DNA of 64,000 nucleotides from Vairimorpha necatrix. Lineage: Eukaryota. The position numbers were made by a program, and so were the translations under genes. The stretch covers positions 248,001 to 312,000 of the forward strand of contig CP142727.1 of assembly GCA_036630325.1 (NCBI GenBank), in the 5' to 3' direction. Below are positions 20,879 through 33,900 of this stretch, in pieces; position 1 is the first letter of the stretch; every line of letters begins with the position of its first letter. Under the pieces are notes generated by a model that was not told the DNA's origin, made no database searches, and was given only the letters and a program-made list of their open reading frames with translations.

Positions 20879-23800
20879 TGTGTTTATTTTCCATAATGAG
20901 GGGTAAAAATAATAAGGATATATAACATCCCCCCTCCAAGACGGTAGTCTCATACTAGAACTCATTAATCCCAAGCAGACCTTTTAAATCATAATGTCGC
21001 TTTTTCACGATCCTACCATTTTCCAAACTAACTAAGTACGAGTCACCTCCGCAAACTTCCTTGATAACACCATATCCTAAAAACCTTCCTTTCTCATACT
21101 TACTACAACCCGATAAGTTCTCTTTCTTCGCTACCCTAACTCTCTGACCTTTATAGAATTTCTCTCTTTTGCGAGCCACAAACCTCCTACTATAAAATCC
21201 TTCAGGTCCATTCTCGATCATAACATGGCCCGTTTCGTCTCTTGAGGCCTCAAACGGTGTACATCTCAACCCTTCATGATAGCTGTTATTATAACGCCAT
21301 ATACATCTATTAACCTTGGCTTCAAAATCCACAGCATCATCTTTCAATATTCCTTCTCTTATGGTTCCTATTACCCTTTCCACTCTTCCATTACTTCTAT
21401 GACTTTCTACGCTTACTTTCCTATGTAATACATTTTCCTCTGAACACCAATTCCTCATATATTCATTACTAAATTCTTTACCGTTGTCAGTAATTATTTC
21501 TACCGGTTTCATTCCTGATCCACACAACTGTTTTAAAAATCCTACAACCGAGCTTCCGCGTTTGTCCTCTATTACTTTTCCCCAAACGATCCTAGTATAA
21601 TAATCAATCACGACCAACACATATTTCCCTAAATCTCTAAACTCAATCAAATCCAAAGCAACCTTTTCCAAATAAAATCTTGAACTAACAAAATCACAAC
21701 CACCACTCTTTTTCCTATTATATATTTGGCAAACTTCACACTTCTTTAAAACATCCTCGATATCCTTCTTCATACCCGGCCAATAAAATTCAAACTTCAT
21801 TGCATAGTACACTGATCCTAAACTTCTATGTCCCAAATTTTCATGAGCATTGACAATTAAACCTTCACGCAATTCTTTCTTTGGAATCTCCGCTTCTCTA
21901 CCAGAGTCAAATACCCAAATGTCTTCCCATCAACAACTTTAACATGCTTGTCCCATTTACCCTGTGCCTGTTTAATACTTCTCTCCTTATTCATTAGCGT
22001 TTTCTCATTTTCATGTACCCTACTCAGTGCATCTGCTACAACCATGGTACTAGGCTCTCTATATTCAATGCTAAAGTCGAACTCTTGAATCTTTTCAATC
22101 CACCTGTTAATCCTATTATTGTTAAATGCTGGTTTATTTCTAATCTCGATCAATGCCTTATGATCAGTTTCTACCCTAAATCTTCTTCCGCGTAGTTCAT
22201 ATTCAAACTTTTTAATTCCCCAAAAGACTGCATACATCTCCTTCTCACTGATTCCATATCTCGTTTCCGTAGGCGTAAACTTTTTTGATGCCCACTGTAC
22301 TGGTACCCAATTACCTTGATCATCTTCCTGCATTAAAACAGCACCCATTCCAACATTACTCGCATCCGTGCGTAACAAAAATTCCTTATTATAATTAACA
22401 ATTGCTAAACCTATTAAATCCCTAATCACTTCCCTTAAACTAATATACTCTTTTTCCATTTCTTCTGTCCATTTCCAATTACTTCCTCGTCCTTTAAGAG
22501 AATCCGTCAACGCCAATGTACGTTTTGCATAATTATCAATATGATTTCTAAACCATCCAGCCAGCCCAAGAAACTTCCTAACATCTGATACACACTCCGG
22601 TTTGGGAAATTCTAACGCTTCATTTTGCTTTATTTCAGATGGCAGTATCTCCTTGCCATTAACTGTTACTCCTAACAACATCACCTCTCGTTTACATAAT
22701 TGAACCTTAGCCAAATTAATTTTCATACTATTCTCCTCTAATATATCCACAGCCTCTTTCAACAATTTGTCGTGACCCTCTCTTGTCTTACTATGAATCA
22801 CAATATCGTCCATATAAATTTCGATTCCCTTACCAATAAATTTTTCAAAAATCCCATTCATTATTCTTTGTAATATCTGCGGTGAGTTTTTAAACCCCAT
22901 GACCATCGAATTCCACTCGTATACCTTTTTATTAAACTCAAAAGCCGTCTTAAACCTATCCTTCTCTTCAATCTCAATACTATAAAACCCCTCCTTTAGA
23001 TCTATCACGGTAAAAAATTCAGATCCCTGTGTACTTCTAATAACATCTCTTATCCTAGTTAACTCATAAGGATCCTTCTCTACAATGTCATTAAGAGCAA
23101 TTAAATTACTTACTAATCTTATATCACCATTCGGTTTCTTAATCGCTCTAATGGGATTTCTCCAGTCAGATGTCGACCTTCTAATTATCTTTCTTCTTTC
23201 CAAACTATTAATATAATCTTCCGTCTTCTTCAACAAAGCCTGAGCTATAGCCTGCCCTTTTTTAACAACTTTCTTGCCTTCTTGAGTCTTGATAATACAT
23301 TTTTCAACCTTACAAAAACTAATATCTTCATCCTCTCTTCCTCCTACCCGTGAAATAATCTCCTCTAAATACGCGATGCCTCTTACATCCCTTCTCAACA
23401 GAACTCTCTTATTATTGTCCCTTTTGCTATAATCTTGTATATCCCCTAAATTTTTCTTCTTACGTTTCCCACCATCAACATTATAATAATCACATTTGTC
23501 CGAATTGGAATCGTCATCACATTTACCCTCTAAGTCTAATTGCACTTTACATTTACCAACATAATTAAAACTACTTTTATTTCTTCTGTCTTCAGAATCT
23601 CGCCCCATTCCCCTACAAAATCTAACACTATGGCCTAACTTCCCACAATTGTAGCAACGCATATTCTTTTTATTTTCCTCACGAGACAACTTATTCTTCT
23701 CCTCAAATTTAGCCCATAACGCTAGGGACAACTCTTCAAATTCTTTTTTTCTCACTTGTTCCTTTTCCTCCTGAATAGCTAGCAACTCTAATTTTTCCTC

Positions 23801-24061
23801 AATTTCCTTCCAACTACCCTCTTGCGATATCCTCTCAACAATAAAATTTCTCAATAAAATAGAACCTCTCCTAAAAATTTCTAATTTAAATCCACACTCA
23901 TCAATTTTCTCTAAAAACAACTCATAAACAATCCTTTTAACCTCTTTTAATAATATTATAGCCTCTTGGCCACGGTCCTCCTTTGTAGACCCATTTTCTG
24001 GTATCGCCCCCATGTGTTTATTTTCCATAATGAGGGGTAAAAATAATAAGGATATATAACA
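20879..24061 (-). mobile_element. Ty3/Gypsy LTR retrotransposon A with 49-bp LTRs
   Basis: Identical TG..CA LTRs at 20879-20927 and 24013-24061; TSD TTGAA; PBS TGGGGGCGATACC; PPT GGAGGGGGGA. Confidence 0.95.
20955..24028 (-). pseudogene. gag-RT-RNaseH-integrase of element A, one frameshift near 21925
   Basis: CYNCGKLGHSVRFC, YMDD, RTDAS/EKEM/TDHKAL/ADALSR, HHCC and DDE integrase motifs. Adding one base restores GKDIWVFDSGR. Confidence 0.85.
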
Positions 24062-25603
24062 TTGAATAACAATGAAAGACAAAAAGTTTTTGTCTTTTTA
24101 CAGACTGGTATTGTAATAGACATAATACAATTTAATAAAGAAAATTATGCAAAGAAGGGATAATGATATTATAATAGAAAAAATAAGTACTAGAGATCTA
24201 AGGTTGCTTGGTAATGAATAAAGTACTAAAAATTTTGTTTATTTTATTTTTCTCCTTTTTTCAATATTCCCTCCCATTATTATAAAAAAATAGCAAAAAT
24301 TTATCCCTCAAAAAATCGAGACAAAACTTTGGTTATCATTTAAGGCGAACATTTATTTGCTCTTATTTTTTGGTTCGATCCTCACTGAAGAGTTTTTTTT
24401 TAATTTTTTACCCCTGGCGTTCGCTCCGAACTGTGACATAAAATGTTACTAAATAAAGATTTAAATATCTAAAAATATAAAAAATATTATTCACAATAAT
24501 GCTTTAAATCTTCTTTGACTCTCAATCCTCCTAATCATATGGGGAGTCAAATATATCTCTGGAAGGTTATATGTCCTACATCTAATAGGTATAGATTCTT
24601 TAAATGACCTTCAATCCCCTTCAAAAGTGTTTGTACGGACACCTGTTTCGATATTTAAAAATGTTTAACTATGATTCGATGTTTAATGGTGCTTATAATG
24701 ATATTCTTTCCGGGTTTTATAGGCCCTCCACATAACAGAATGAACGAGATCCAAAATTACATGCATAAATAAGAACGGAAGCAATGCATCCTTGTTTGCT
24801 TTTTAAAGTCATAAAAATATTCTTTAATCTTCAGTTCTTTGCACCATTTCGAACACCAAAAACTTTAAATCAGCGTCCTCTATGGTATTTAATTTTTCCA
24901 ATCTTACTTTCGTATATCTCTAAGACAATTTCCTTGCCTTCTTTCTGCCCTAGGTTATTCAACTGTCTTAAAAAAATTTTATTTTTACAATTTTTAAGGT
25001 ATAACTAATGTTTTATGCGTTATAATCCAATATTCTTGAGATATGCGCCATTTAAAGTTCCGAATTTTAAAAATAAAAAATTTTAAACAAAATAATATAA
25101 TCTTTGTTATCATTTTAAAATAGAGAATTATTCTAAATTGAAAATCTGCGTTTGCAAGAAGGAAACTTTCTTTTAAATTAAACTATTTCCTTTGGTAATT
25201 TGGCTGCATTAGAACCACATATTGCACATTTCTGTTAATAATTTCTTGCTTAATAGACGTTCATATATGTCTTCTTTCTGTATTACTCAGCAATTCTTTT
25301 ATTTTTTTTTTAGAAAATGAACGATTTTTTAAAAATTCTGATACTGTGATTTTTTACACTATGCTGATTATTGCCCGTTGACAGCAAAATTTCTTTTGAC
25401 ATGTAGCAAAAAAACAATTCTATTATTGTTCTTAAAGATCAATAAGTATTACTAAAAAACGAATTTTAACAAAAATGTGAGAATAATAAATGATTACATA
25501 TCATGATTTTGCATAGAATAAACCAGCCGATTTGATTAAATGTCATTAATCAATGTCATATATCAAAAAACGTCCTTTATATTTTTTATCAAAAAAGATG
25601 CCC

Positions 25604-27319
25604 ATGTTTCTATCATTATTACTTTTTTTATTGAAAATAAAAACCAACAACGATGCTATGATATTTATTACTAAAAATGAAGATGACTACACTCTTTATC
25701 TTGGCTTAAATCATGAGATAAAACACGGTTATCATATGTGCAATTTATTGCAAATTCATAAAGACACAAAAAAAAGAAAAAAATTGATTTTGAAAAACCA
25801 ATTGAATTATCAACCTAATGAAAATAATACTTTCTCTTCTTTTAAAAATGATGGTAGCTTATCTAAATTGATTGATGATGACTTTCCACGTGAAAAAGAT
25901 AAGAAAGAAATGTTTACAAGCTCACAAGAATTTTTTAAAATTAATTTTACATATGACAAACACTATAGTTATTTCATAACAATAATATATTCTAAAAATT
26001 TAGATATAATAAATAATGTATGGAGATCATATCAGTTTTCATTAAAAAAGGATTCGTTGCTTCTACAATTGCCATTAGTCGAGAGAGATGATAATTTCGA
26101 AACTATGAATATGACAATACCTAAAAACAGTGCAAATTATTTCTGTTATATTAGTTTTTCAGATACAGAAGAGAAAATGAAATTAATAAAAAATAAAAAA
26201 CTTATTAAAAATGATATAGTAGACAAAAAGGTTAAACTACCCAGAAAACTTGGTATAAATTATGGAGCAGAAAACAAATCAGAAGCAAGCAAAAACAAAG
26301 ACTGCACAAAAGAAATAAACGAAAACAAAGATGCAAATATTTTAATAAATGAAATAAACGAAAACCAAGATAATAACCATACGGAAAATAAATCAAGCGA
26401 AAGAAAAGCCAAAAACCTTATGGAAGATAGAACAAAAGATTTGGGTGCTAACAAAGAATTTAATTTTACAAAAAATAAATCAAAAGAAGGCAAAAATACA
26501 AACGCTTCTAAAGATGAAACAAGCAAAGATAAAAATATATCCATAAGCAAAACAAAAAAAGCAAGCCAAATTAAAGATAATGATGATAGTATGAAGGACA
26601 AGACAAAGGAAACAAGCGAAACTAAATATAATAATAACATTATAGAAGATATAACAAAGGAAGAACGCGGAAGCCAAGATATCACAAAAGAAAAATGCGT
26701 TAAAAAAGATGAAAATGCCATGGAAGTTGGAATATGTGCAAAGAAAGATAAAAATACCACGGAATATAAAACAAAAAAAGCAAGCAAAAATGAAAATAAA
26801 GATAAAATAGAATCAAAATTAACAACAGAAAATCCAGCTTTAAATAAAGAATACAATAGAGATACAAACTCGAATAAAAATAAAGATAAAACTATTGAAG
26901 CAGAAGATAAAAGAGCAGGAAGAAGCGGAAATATAAATAAAGATAAAAATCAACCAAAACAAAGTCTTGAAATTCAAAAAAATAAACTAAATTCATGTAT
27001 AGGAGACCAGAAAATAACAAAGAATAATGAAAGTACTGAAAAAAATGAACGAACAAGTAATAATAAAAGTATAAATTCAGGAGCACCGGATTCTAATGAA
27101 AATCTAGAGGAGAATGAAACCACCCAACCTTGCGAAAATAAACCTTTGGATCAAATAAATGAATTAATGAACCAACAAAATCAAAATAAACCTAAAAAAA
27201 ATGCCTCTACAGATAATCAACCGAACAAAGATAGTGGTATGCCGTTTATTATGAAATGTGTGCTATTTGGCGCCTTCTTTGGCATTATATTTTTGGTAGC
27301 AAAGAATCTTTACAAATAA
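25604..27319 (+). CDS. type-I membrane protein family X, long-stalk divergent member
   Basis: CCCATG at 25601-25606; N-terminus aligns with 30537/36505/44202 (NND/EA.IFI...F.Y.KH..Y.I...WRS); K/E/N-rich stalk; C-terminal TM. Confidence 0.8.
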   Translation: MFLSLLLFLLKIKTNNDAMIFITKNEDDYTLYLGLNHEIKHGYHMCNLLQIHKDTKKRKKLILKNQLNYQPNENNTFSSFKNDGSLSKLIDDDFPREKDKKEMFTSSQEFFKINFTYDKHYSYFITIIYSKNLDIINNVWRSYQFSLKKDSLLLQLPLVERDDNFETMNMTIPKNSANYFCYISFSDTEEKMKLIKNKKLIKNDIVDKKVKLPRKLGINYGAENKSEASKNKDCTKEINENKDANILINEINENQDNNHTENKSSERKAKNLMEDRTKDLGANKEFNFTKNKSKEGKNTNASKDETSKDKNISISKTKKASQIKDNDDSMKDKTKETSETKYNNNIIEDITKEERGSQDITKEKCVKKDENAMEVGICAKKDKNTTEYKTKKASKNENKDKIESKLTTENPALNKEYNRDTNSNKNKDKTIEAEDKRAGRSGNINKDKNQPKQSLEIQKNKLNSCIGDQKITKNNESTEKNERTSNNKSINSGAPDSNENLEENETTQPCENKPLDQINELMNQQNQNKPKKNASTDNQPNKDSGMPFIMKCVLFGAFFGIIFLVAKNLYK

Positions 27320-27554
27320 ATAATTCTAATTATTAAGTTATTTAAATTGTTTCATAAATATTGTGAAATCTATATTGTGTGTTTCTAGACTATTAAAAAC
27401 GTAATAAATATTATTAATGACGATCATATTTATATATGGTTGAATAGCACATTTAAAAAAACATTTTATAACTACTCAAGCAACATACGTAATTTTTTTT
27501 TCGTTTTACTCTCTCTTATTAAAACCATTGTTAACACTATAATAAAATTAATGG

Positions 27555-27720
27555 TGCAAAATTGTTCCATATTTGATGGATTGTGACGGAATTGTAACTA
27601 ATTTCCATTTCGGGCTCTCCAAAGAGGTTTGATTAGAACTCCAAACGGAAGCATTTAACAGATAAGAATTTTTAAAATGTCATACATGACTAATTTTGTG
27701 AGCAGACTTAGATTAATTAC
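27555..27720 (+). mobile_element. decayed RLE non-LTR 3' fragment
   Basis: gacggaattgtaactaatttcca...gattagaactccaaacggaagcat matches 12585-12655. Confidence 0.55.
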
Positions 27721-29599
27721 TAAATAGATGGATCTATTCGAATTCCTATTATAAGGGTGACTGTTATAACTCCTAGGTGTGATACAAAGATTAAATAAGA
27801 TCTCTGAAGGATAAAAGATTATTAAAGCCATTACATACGAAAACTCTAAATGTTTACTATATTCATGTTCTTTTGCAGTCCTAATCTAGGAAATAAGTCC
27901 ATTTACTATATTTAAGACTACGTTAACATTATTGTTATAATTAAATGTCAGTCAATTTATATTCAATCTATGTAAATTTTTTTCATCCAATTAATTTCGC
28001 CTTAAGGTGACAACAAAAAAATTACAATATAAAAAGCTGAATCAATATAAACCTGTCGAAGACTAGATTACTGGAGGTTTTTTCATTATCTTATTTTAAA
28101 TTTCATACAAGAAGAAAGCAATTCAAATAGAAGCAATATTGGCAAAAATAATTACAACGAACCCTAAAATGATATGCCTACTAAAAAGATTTTTATTTCA
28201 AAAGACCTTTATTAGTTACCTTAACATATTTAAATACTGTTTTGGTATCGAATCATATAGTCACTACTATTATAGATATGCAAGTTCACTTTCGAACTTT
28301 GCGCAGTTTTTAAGCATCGATTTTGATGATGAGTCAATAAGGGTAGCAGATGTGTGACGTGAGTTTCAATTAGTTTATATAAAAAGTTGTCAAAATTTGG
28401 AAAATTATCAACACATAATATTAGGTCGTAAATAAAAGTTAAAATGTTACATACAATACTGAAAAATAATACCATTTTAAGAAATGAACAGGTGTATAAT
28501 ACAAAATTAATTCTTATGAGATATGACAAAAATTAAAAATCAACTACGATAAATGCATATATTTTTATATTATCCTAGAATGTTGTTGGCATCTTGAAGA
28601 TCAATGTAATTAATTATTGTATGGCTTTAAAAATTTTCAAGTTTATTGTCAAAGAAAAATTCTAGTTGTATTGTTAAAATGCTTTCAAATTATTATCCTA
28701 TAGGGGAGTTATTAGTATATTTACTCAGCTCATATGCGCGTCAAATCTTTCATTTCAAATGTTTTACAACGCAATTATTATTAATTTTAATACAATTTAA
28801 TATATGAATAAAAGAAATTTTATAAAAACACTCAATAAACTCAAAAACTTTCAGACAGGTAAAATCCTGCCCTGCGTTTATATAAAAAATAATTTTTCAT
28901 ATCCAATTATGGACAATGCTATTTTATGCAATCCAAAAACGTGTAAATATATATAACTGTTAGAAGTCCAATTTTTATGCGCATCTAATAATGTATCATG
29001 CGTAAAAAACAATAGTGGAGAATTGTTTACCATTAATGCATAAAACTACGTATATTCCATAGAATAGGTTCGTTATATTGTTTTAATAGAACAATTTTTA
29101 AGTATATTTTTTGTATTTGTTTCGATCAAATCTCTTACTGAGTAATAAAATGCAAATATGTTTTCCATAATTGAATTGGCTATGTTTAACTGAGCCAAAG
29201 GGATATTTAATAGATTAAAGAATCCTCGCTAAAAATCAGAAACAGATTTGTACTACTACATGATTTAAGGCATAAAAGATTGAACAAAGTATTCGGTTCA
29301 TGTTAAACATGAGACAAAAATAGAAACTAATAATCGTAGAATTATATTATAAAACCTATACCTTCAAGAAAATTTTAAAAATATATCTAATTTATAAAAG
29401 CGGAAGTTAAAATAGATTTTTTTTTCTACTTAAATATGATGAAAGTGGTTTGGAGACATATCGGACGGGATCCAAGCAGTAGATTTCAAAGGATGAGTTT
29501 ACATAATTGAAAAATGATTTCTTTTAGTATTACACTACGTTTATAAATAATGATAAATTTTTATTGAATCTATTGTTTGGTTTGTTTTCTTCAGTTTGC

Positions 29600-29840
29600 C
29601 TCCATTGACGCGCACTCTCTCTGGTCACACTCCCTTCTAGCTATCTCTACTATGTTCTTAGTTGCAGATCCTCCTTCGGCGAAGTCCTGCCGGTGTTCAA
29701 AAGAGATGCTCTTGAGTGTCTTTTAATAGAACTCAATTGGGTGTAAGCTTCGGTACTGGTCGATAGGCCGATGGAATTAACATAATTACTGTGGTATGTT
29801 AGCACAATTCCGACCCATGTCATGACATATGGGGTTATTT
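29600..29840 (-). mobile_element. decayed RLE non-LTR 3' fragment
   Basis: Reverse translation gives ITPYVMTW and a TEAY...LKDTQEHL-like segment. Confidence 0.5.
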
Positions 29841-30536
29841 GAATTTATAGATAAAAAATAATATGTGATAATTCCGAAACATTGTTTCAGAATCATAATG
29901 TTTCAGATGTCAAGAAGACCATTCTTAGTCGCCAGGACTATCAGCCGTATAGAGGAAAATATTTAAAAAATTGTTTTTTTGTCAGATTTGTTTTGTATAA
30001 ATAATAACAAACTACATACTTATCTTAAATTTTTCATAACTATAACGAGTGTTTTGTCATTACAATAATACATTTATCACCTTTTGTATTTTTTTCAATC
30101 ACATATCATGATACGTATTTCATAGTGTATAAATTTTCATAGTATTTTATTATTTAAAAAATAGCACTAATCCACTAATAAGTTCCACTTTTGGCTTTTT
30201 ACAGCGTCGTTTATTATAATCATTTGCCGCTTGCGTTTGTCAACCTATAGTAATGTTTTACTTTTTTTATTTACCTTTTTTACAAATCTCCTTTTTTTAC
30301 ACATTTTTTGGGTAAATTATAATTTAACACACTAAAAAAATTAATAATTTCATAATATATCATTTACTATTTGTTTGGTATCCTCTGAGAATACAGAAAT
30401 ATAGCGGCTAATTATATATAAATTCTAAATATATGATATGTGTACTCAAATAAGAACTCGTAATTATCAAACCTCCTTTATGATATTTTGAGTAAATGAA
30501 AAAATATGTATAAAAAAATTTCAAAAATAATACCCC

Positions 30537-31358
30537 ATGTTTCTAGCAGCAATTATTTTTATATTAAAAATAGCAGCCAACAACGAAGCTTTGATATTTA
30601 TTGATAATAATGAAGAAGAATGCACGATTTTTTTAGGAGGTAATCTTAAATATAAACCAGGATATTACATTTTGAGTTTATTGGAAAATACTTATAGTAT
30701 GGAACCCCGATTAGAAGGTTCGATTAGAGACCCTATAGCGGTTGCATTTCCTGGCCTGCCTTTTGCATTTGTTCCTTTTGAAATAGATGAGATTTTTTTA
30801 AATAATTTTGATGCAACTTTTAATAACATAGATGAGAAAATCAAAGAAAAGTTTTTAAAATCGAATATTTTTTATAGACTTACTTTTCAATATAACAAAC
30901 ATAGTACATATGCCATACAGTTATTATATCTTAAAACTAGAGATATAGTCAATAAGTTTTGGAGATCAGAAACTTTCGAAATAGAAAAGGGGGATAAATC
31001 TAAACTATTGCCTTTAAACATAGAATCATCTAAAACATTCGAATTTTATAAAGTTAAAATTCCAGAAAGTTGGCAAGAACATTTTCATCATACTAACTAC
31101 AATAACGTTTATGTTCTAAATTACGAAAAAAGCCAACAAAAATTAGGTGAGTCAAATAGCCCGAATATTACTCAAGAAAAAGGGAAGGAAAGTAGCACAA
31201 CAAGTCAATCAGAAGAAGTTTTACATGAAAAAAATGAAAATGCTCCTAACGAGAATCGACCTATTGGAAATAGTGTGTTACTTATATTGGCATGTTTTCT
31301 TCTTTGCATTTCAATTTTTATTTCATACTTGATACTAAGTAAAATCAGAAGAGCTTAA
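30537..31358 (+). CDS. type-I membrane protein family X, copy 1 (short stalk)
   Basis: Signal peptide, ~190-aa domain, S/T/E linker, TM, KIRRA tail; CCCCATG start context. Confidence 0.85.
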   Translation: MFLAAIIFILKIAANNEALIFIDNNEEECTIFLGGNLKYKPGYYILSLLENTYSMEPRLEGSIRDPIAVAFPGLPFAFVPFEIDEIFLNNFDATFNNIDEKIKEKFLKSNIFYRLTFQYNKHSTYAIQLLYLKTRDIVNKFWRSETFEIEKGDKSKLLPLNIESSKTFEFYKVKIPESWQEHFHHTNYNNVYVLNYEKSQQKLGESNSPNITQEKGKESSTTSQSEEVLHEKNENAPNENRPIGNSVLLILACFLLCISIFISYLILSKIRRA

Positions 31359-31476
31359 ATAAAGATTTTATCTTTTTTACTATATTATTTTTTTATTTAT
31401 AAAAAATACTATCTGCCTTTTACTATTTCTACATTAGGTTTATATAAAAAAAAATCTTAGTATAAGTAAATAACTG

Positions 31477-32130
31477 GGTACATGACCGTTTGGAACCCGC
31501 TTTGGGGAAATGAACCCGTATTGAAATTTTAAAGGACCCCCTTTAAAAAAAATGGCAAAATTGGCAAAAACAATGTTTGTTGAGGCAGATGAGGTTTTTA
31601 GTGATGAAATGTACTCATACATGGAATATAAAGAAAAGTTTATTTTGGAAACATTTGATGCTGAAGCGGCGTCGCCTTGCTCGTTTCTGTAACTAGTAGA
31701 AATACTGCTTTTTCCTTGAGGTAATACAAGAAAATGTATAACCTGTTTCTATTATGATCTCTAATCAATGGGTAGCATATGATGCCACATTAGCTAAGCA
31801 AAGGGATGGAGCACAGTACTAAGAAACACTCCATAAATGCTGTAACCTCTAGCGATTCTGAGTCACAACACCATATAATTTAGTTGGTTTTGGCTCGTTT
31901 CTATAAGAGATATTCGATCTTAACATAAACAAAGAAGAACACTATGAGTACCTTTTACAGTTTCACTGGGCTTTCCAAATTCCCAAAAATCACCGGATAA
32001 ATTGTCTTCTGTCATTATTTAAAATAAATCGTTAAGTCCCTTTTTTATTATTTTTTTTATTTTTCCCTTTTTTTGAATTTTTTTAATGCGGGTTCATTTC
32101 CCCAATGCGGGTTCCAAACGGTCATGTACC
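31477..32130. mobile_element. non-autonomous TIR element (GG termini, probably Merlin-type)
   Basis: ~45-bp TIR GGTACATGACCGTTTGGAACCCGC(T/A)TTGGGGAAATGAACCCG; no TSD recovered. Confidence 0.75.
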
Positions 32131-33047
32131 ACTACATCGATAGATTAATCAAGCTGAAAAGAGAAATACATACAATTTCTTAAGTCTTTATCTAATTTTG
32201 ATTCTAAATTATTAGCAATTAATTCTATTCTTCTATATGCAGTTCTAGCTGATAACTGCAACATATTAATAGCTTTTAAAATTTCTGTCTTGTTTTCAAA
32301 ATCTTCAAAAAGAGAATCCGCCGCTGTTATCATAGCCTCTTTTATAATTTCTGCATCAGTAAAGGGTTTTTTTCTTAGCCAACAGATGTGCAACTTTTAG
32401 TGAAGCTACAGTGGCCGCCTTTGAAAGCTCTTTTGGCTTTGTAAAACATCTCTGCTGTTTTACAATTGCTGATTTAAAAGATATCAACTTACTTTTTCGC
32501 AGTTCGGACTTCAGTAAGTATTCAATATTTATATTTTCATGCAAACTATTGAAGTGTCGTTCTAAGTTACTTTTTTTGCATATTGCAATGCTTTTGTTGC
32601 AAAGAAACAAATACACCTACCTTGAAATTCTATAAAGAAAAAATCTTCTTTCCATAAATTATTGAATTGATAATTTCTTCTTTTTTTTGAAAGTTCCTTA
32701 AAGGTGCAAAAAAAATTTGTAATAAATTTTGAAAATTTATTGAACGTTGCATTAGCATGTTTTATGGCATAATTATTGTCAAAATAAATTTTAAAGAACT
32801 TTATAATTGGAATAAATAATTTTATTGTTATAATCATCATATGTAAGGAAATTTTTGTTGAAAGGTCTTTTTGCTTAACGAAAAGTAGATTAACTCCTTA
32901 TAATGTGCTCCTAATATTTAGCATTAAAAATGTAATTGATCAAATTTTTTTCAAAAAATTGAAATTATAAATTTTTAAACTTCTTCTCAATATGAAAAAT
33001 GAAAACGGGCGCACCTGCGCCCGCGGGCGCTTCGTTGCCGACCTCTG
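32131..33047 (-). mobile_element. truncated hAT (Buster/SPIN/Charlie-like) transposon with frameshifted transposase
   Basis: End CAGAGGTCGGCAACGAAGCGCCCGCGGGCGC; fragments CNKSIAICKKSNLERHF, KKPFTDAEIIKE, QLSARTAYRRI and FSFQLD. Confidence 0.85.
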
Positions 33048-33099
33048 AGCTAAAGGATTGTCCGGCATTTGAGTGCATCCACATAGAACCCCATTAGGT

Positions 33100-33900
33100 C
33101 AGAGGTAAGCGATAAGAGTCAACCCCAAAGTGCTTTTGAGTAAAACCGGAAAGGAAGAAACTGTATCGACGTTTACTGTCCCGGTCGCTTCAATCAAAGC
33201 ATCTTTCAGTGACATGGGAATTTGTAATGACAAGGGGAAACTTAACAGAAGTAAAAAAAAAAGAGTTTTACCCACATCCTTTAATACAAAAATTACATGA
33301 TCCACCCGTATTTACAAACTTTGAATTGGAGTTAAAATACCTACAGCTAAATACCTGGGGGAAAGGCAGAGAACAGATACCTCACAAAAAAGGGGGAAAA
33401 AAAATTAAAGGAGCAGTATGCTACCGGAACTTATAAATAGAAATTTTAGCATTATTAAAATATAATGGAAGGGGGAAAGACTCCGACGAAAAAGAAATGC
33501 TTCGTTATACATCTATCGCTTACTCGCGGAAGAAACCAAGAAATGAAAAGAAAAAAGTTAAAGACAATGTGGAATTAAGTGTTCATAGAGTTCGGGACGT
33601 AGTACGAAAGCGAAAACCACCGATAAACATTCATAAGAAAGAAATTGACAAAATGGAAAAGTCATATACTATCCCTACGGTTGGAATATAGGGAGTCTAT
33701 AAATTATATAACCTAAATAACGACGCATTCGCTATTAACTGGAAGTACTTGAAGACGCGTCAACAAATGGTAGTCTAGGAGCCTCATAAGAAGGGGGAGT
33801 GTCAAGTGACAGATCTCCAGTGGTCCTAAGATTACCCTGGAGACTAGAGAATACTATTCTATAAGTATTCTCCTCCTTTACCAAACTATGTTTATGGAGG
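33100..33900 (+). mobile_element. decayed Gypsy-like integrase C-terminus, PPT and start of 3' LTR
   Basis: RDVVRKRKP...SYTIPTVG.GVYKL...INWKYLK (GPY/F-like); purine tract 33788-33799 followed by TGTCAAG. Confidence 0.5.

Larger units (their letters stand above)
20680..24438. mobile_element. non-autonomous TIR element (TGTCAC...GTGACA), copy 1, interrupted by LTR retrotransposon
   Basis: TIR TGTCACCGTTCGGAGCGGACGCCAGGG; flanking duplication TAAAA (or ATAAAAT); two ~66-bp subterminal repeats; body matches 43009-43793 in inverted orientation. Confidence 0.85.

Noticed and set aside
24029-24082. N-terminal extension of the element A ORF from the TTG in the ORF track
   Set aside because: It starts outside the LTR/TSD. 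The ATG at 24028 matches element B exactly.
26260-26856. Long antisense ORFs (also 44786-45619, 17492-17938 and those opposite TOM1 and the retroelements)
   Set aside because: These are shadows of A-rich or repetitive sense ORFs, with no CCC/ATG context.
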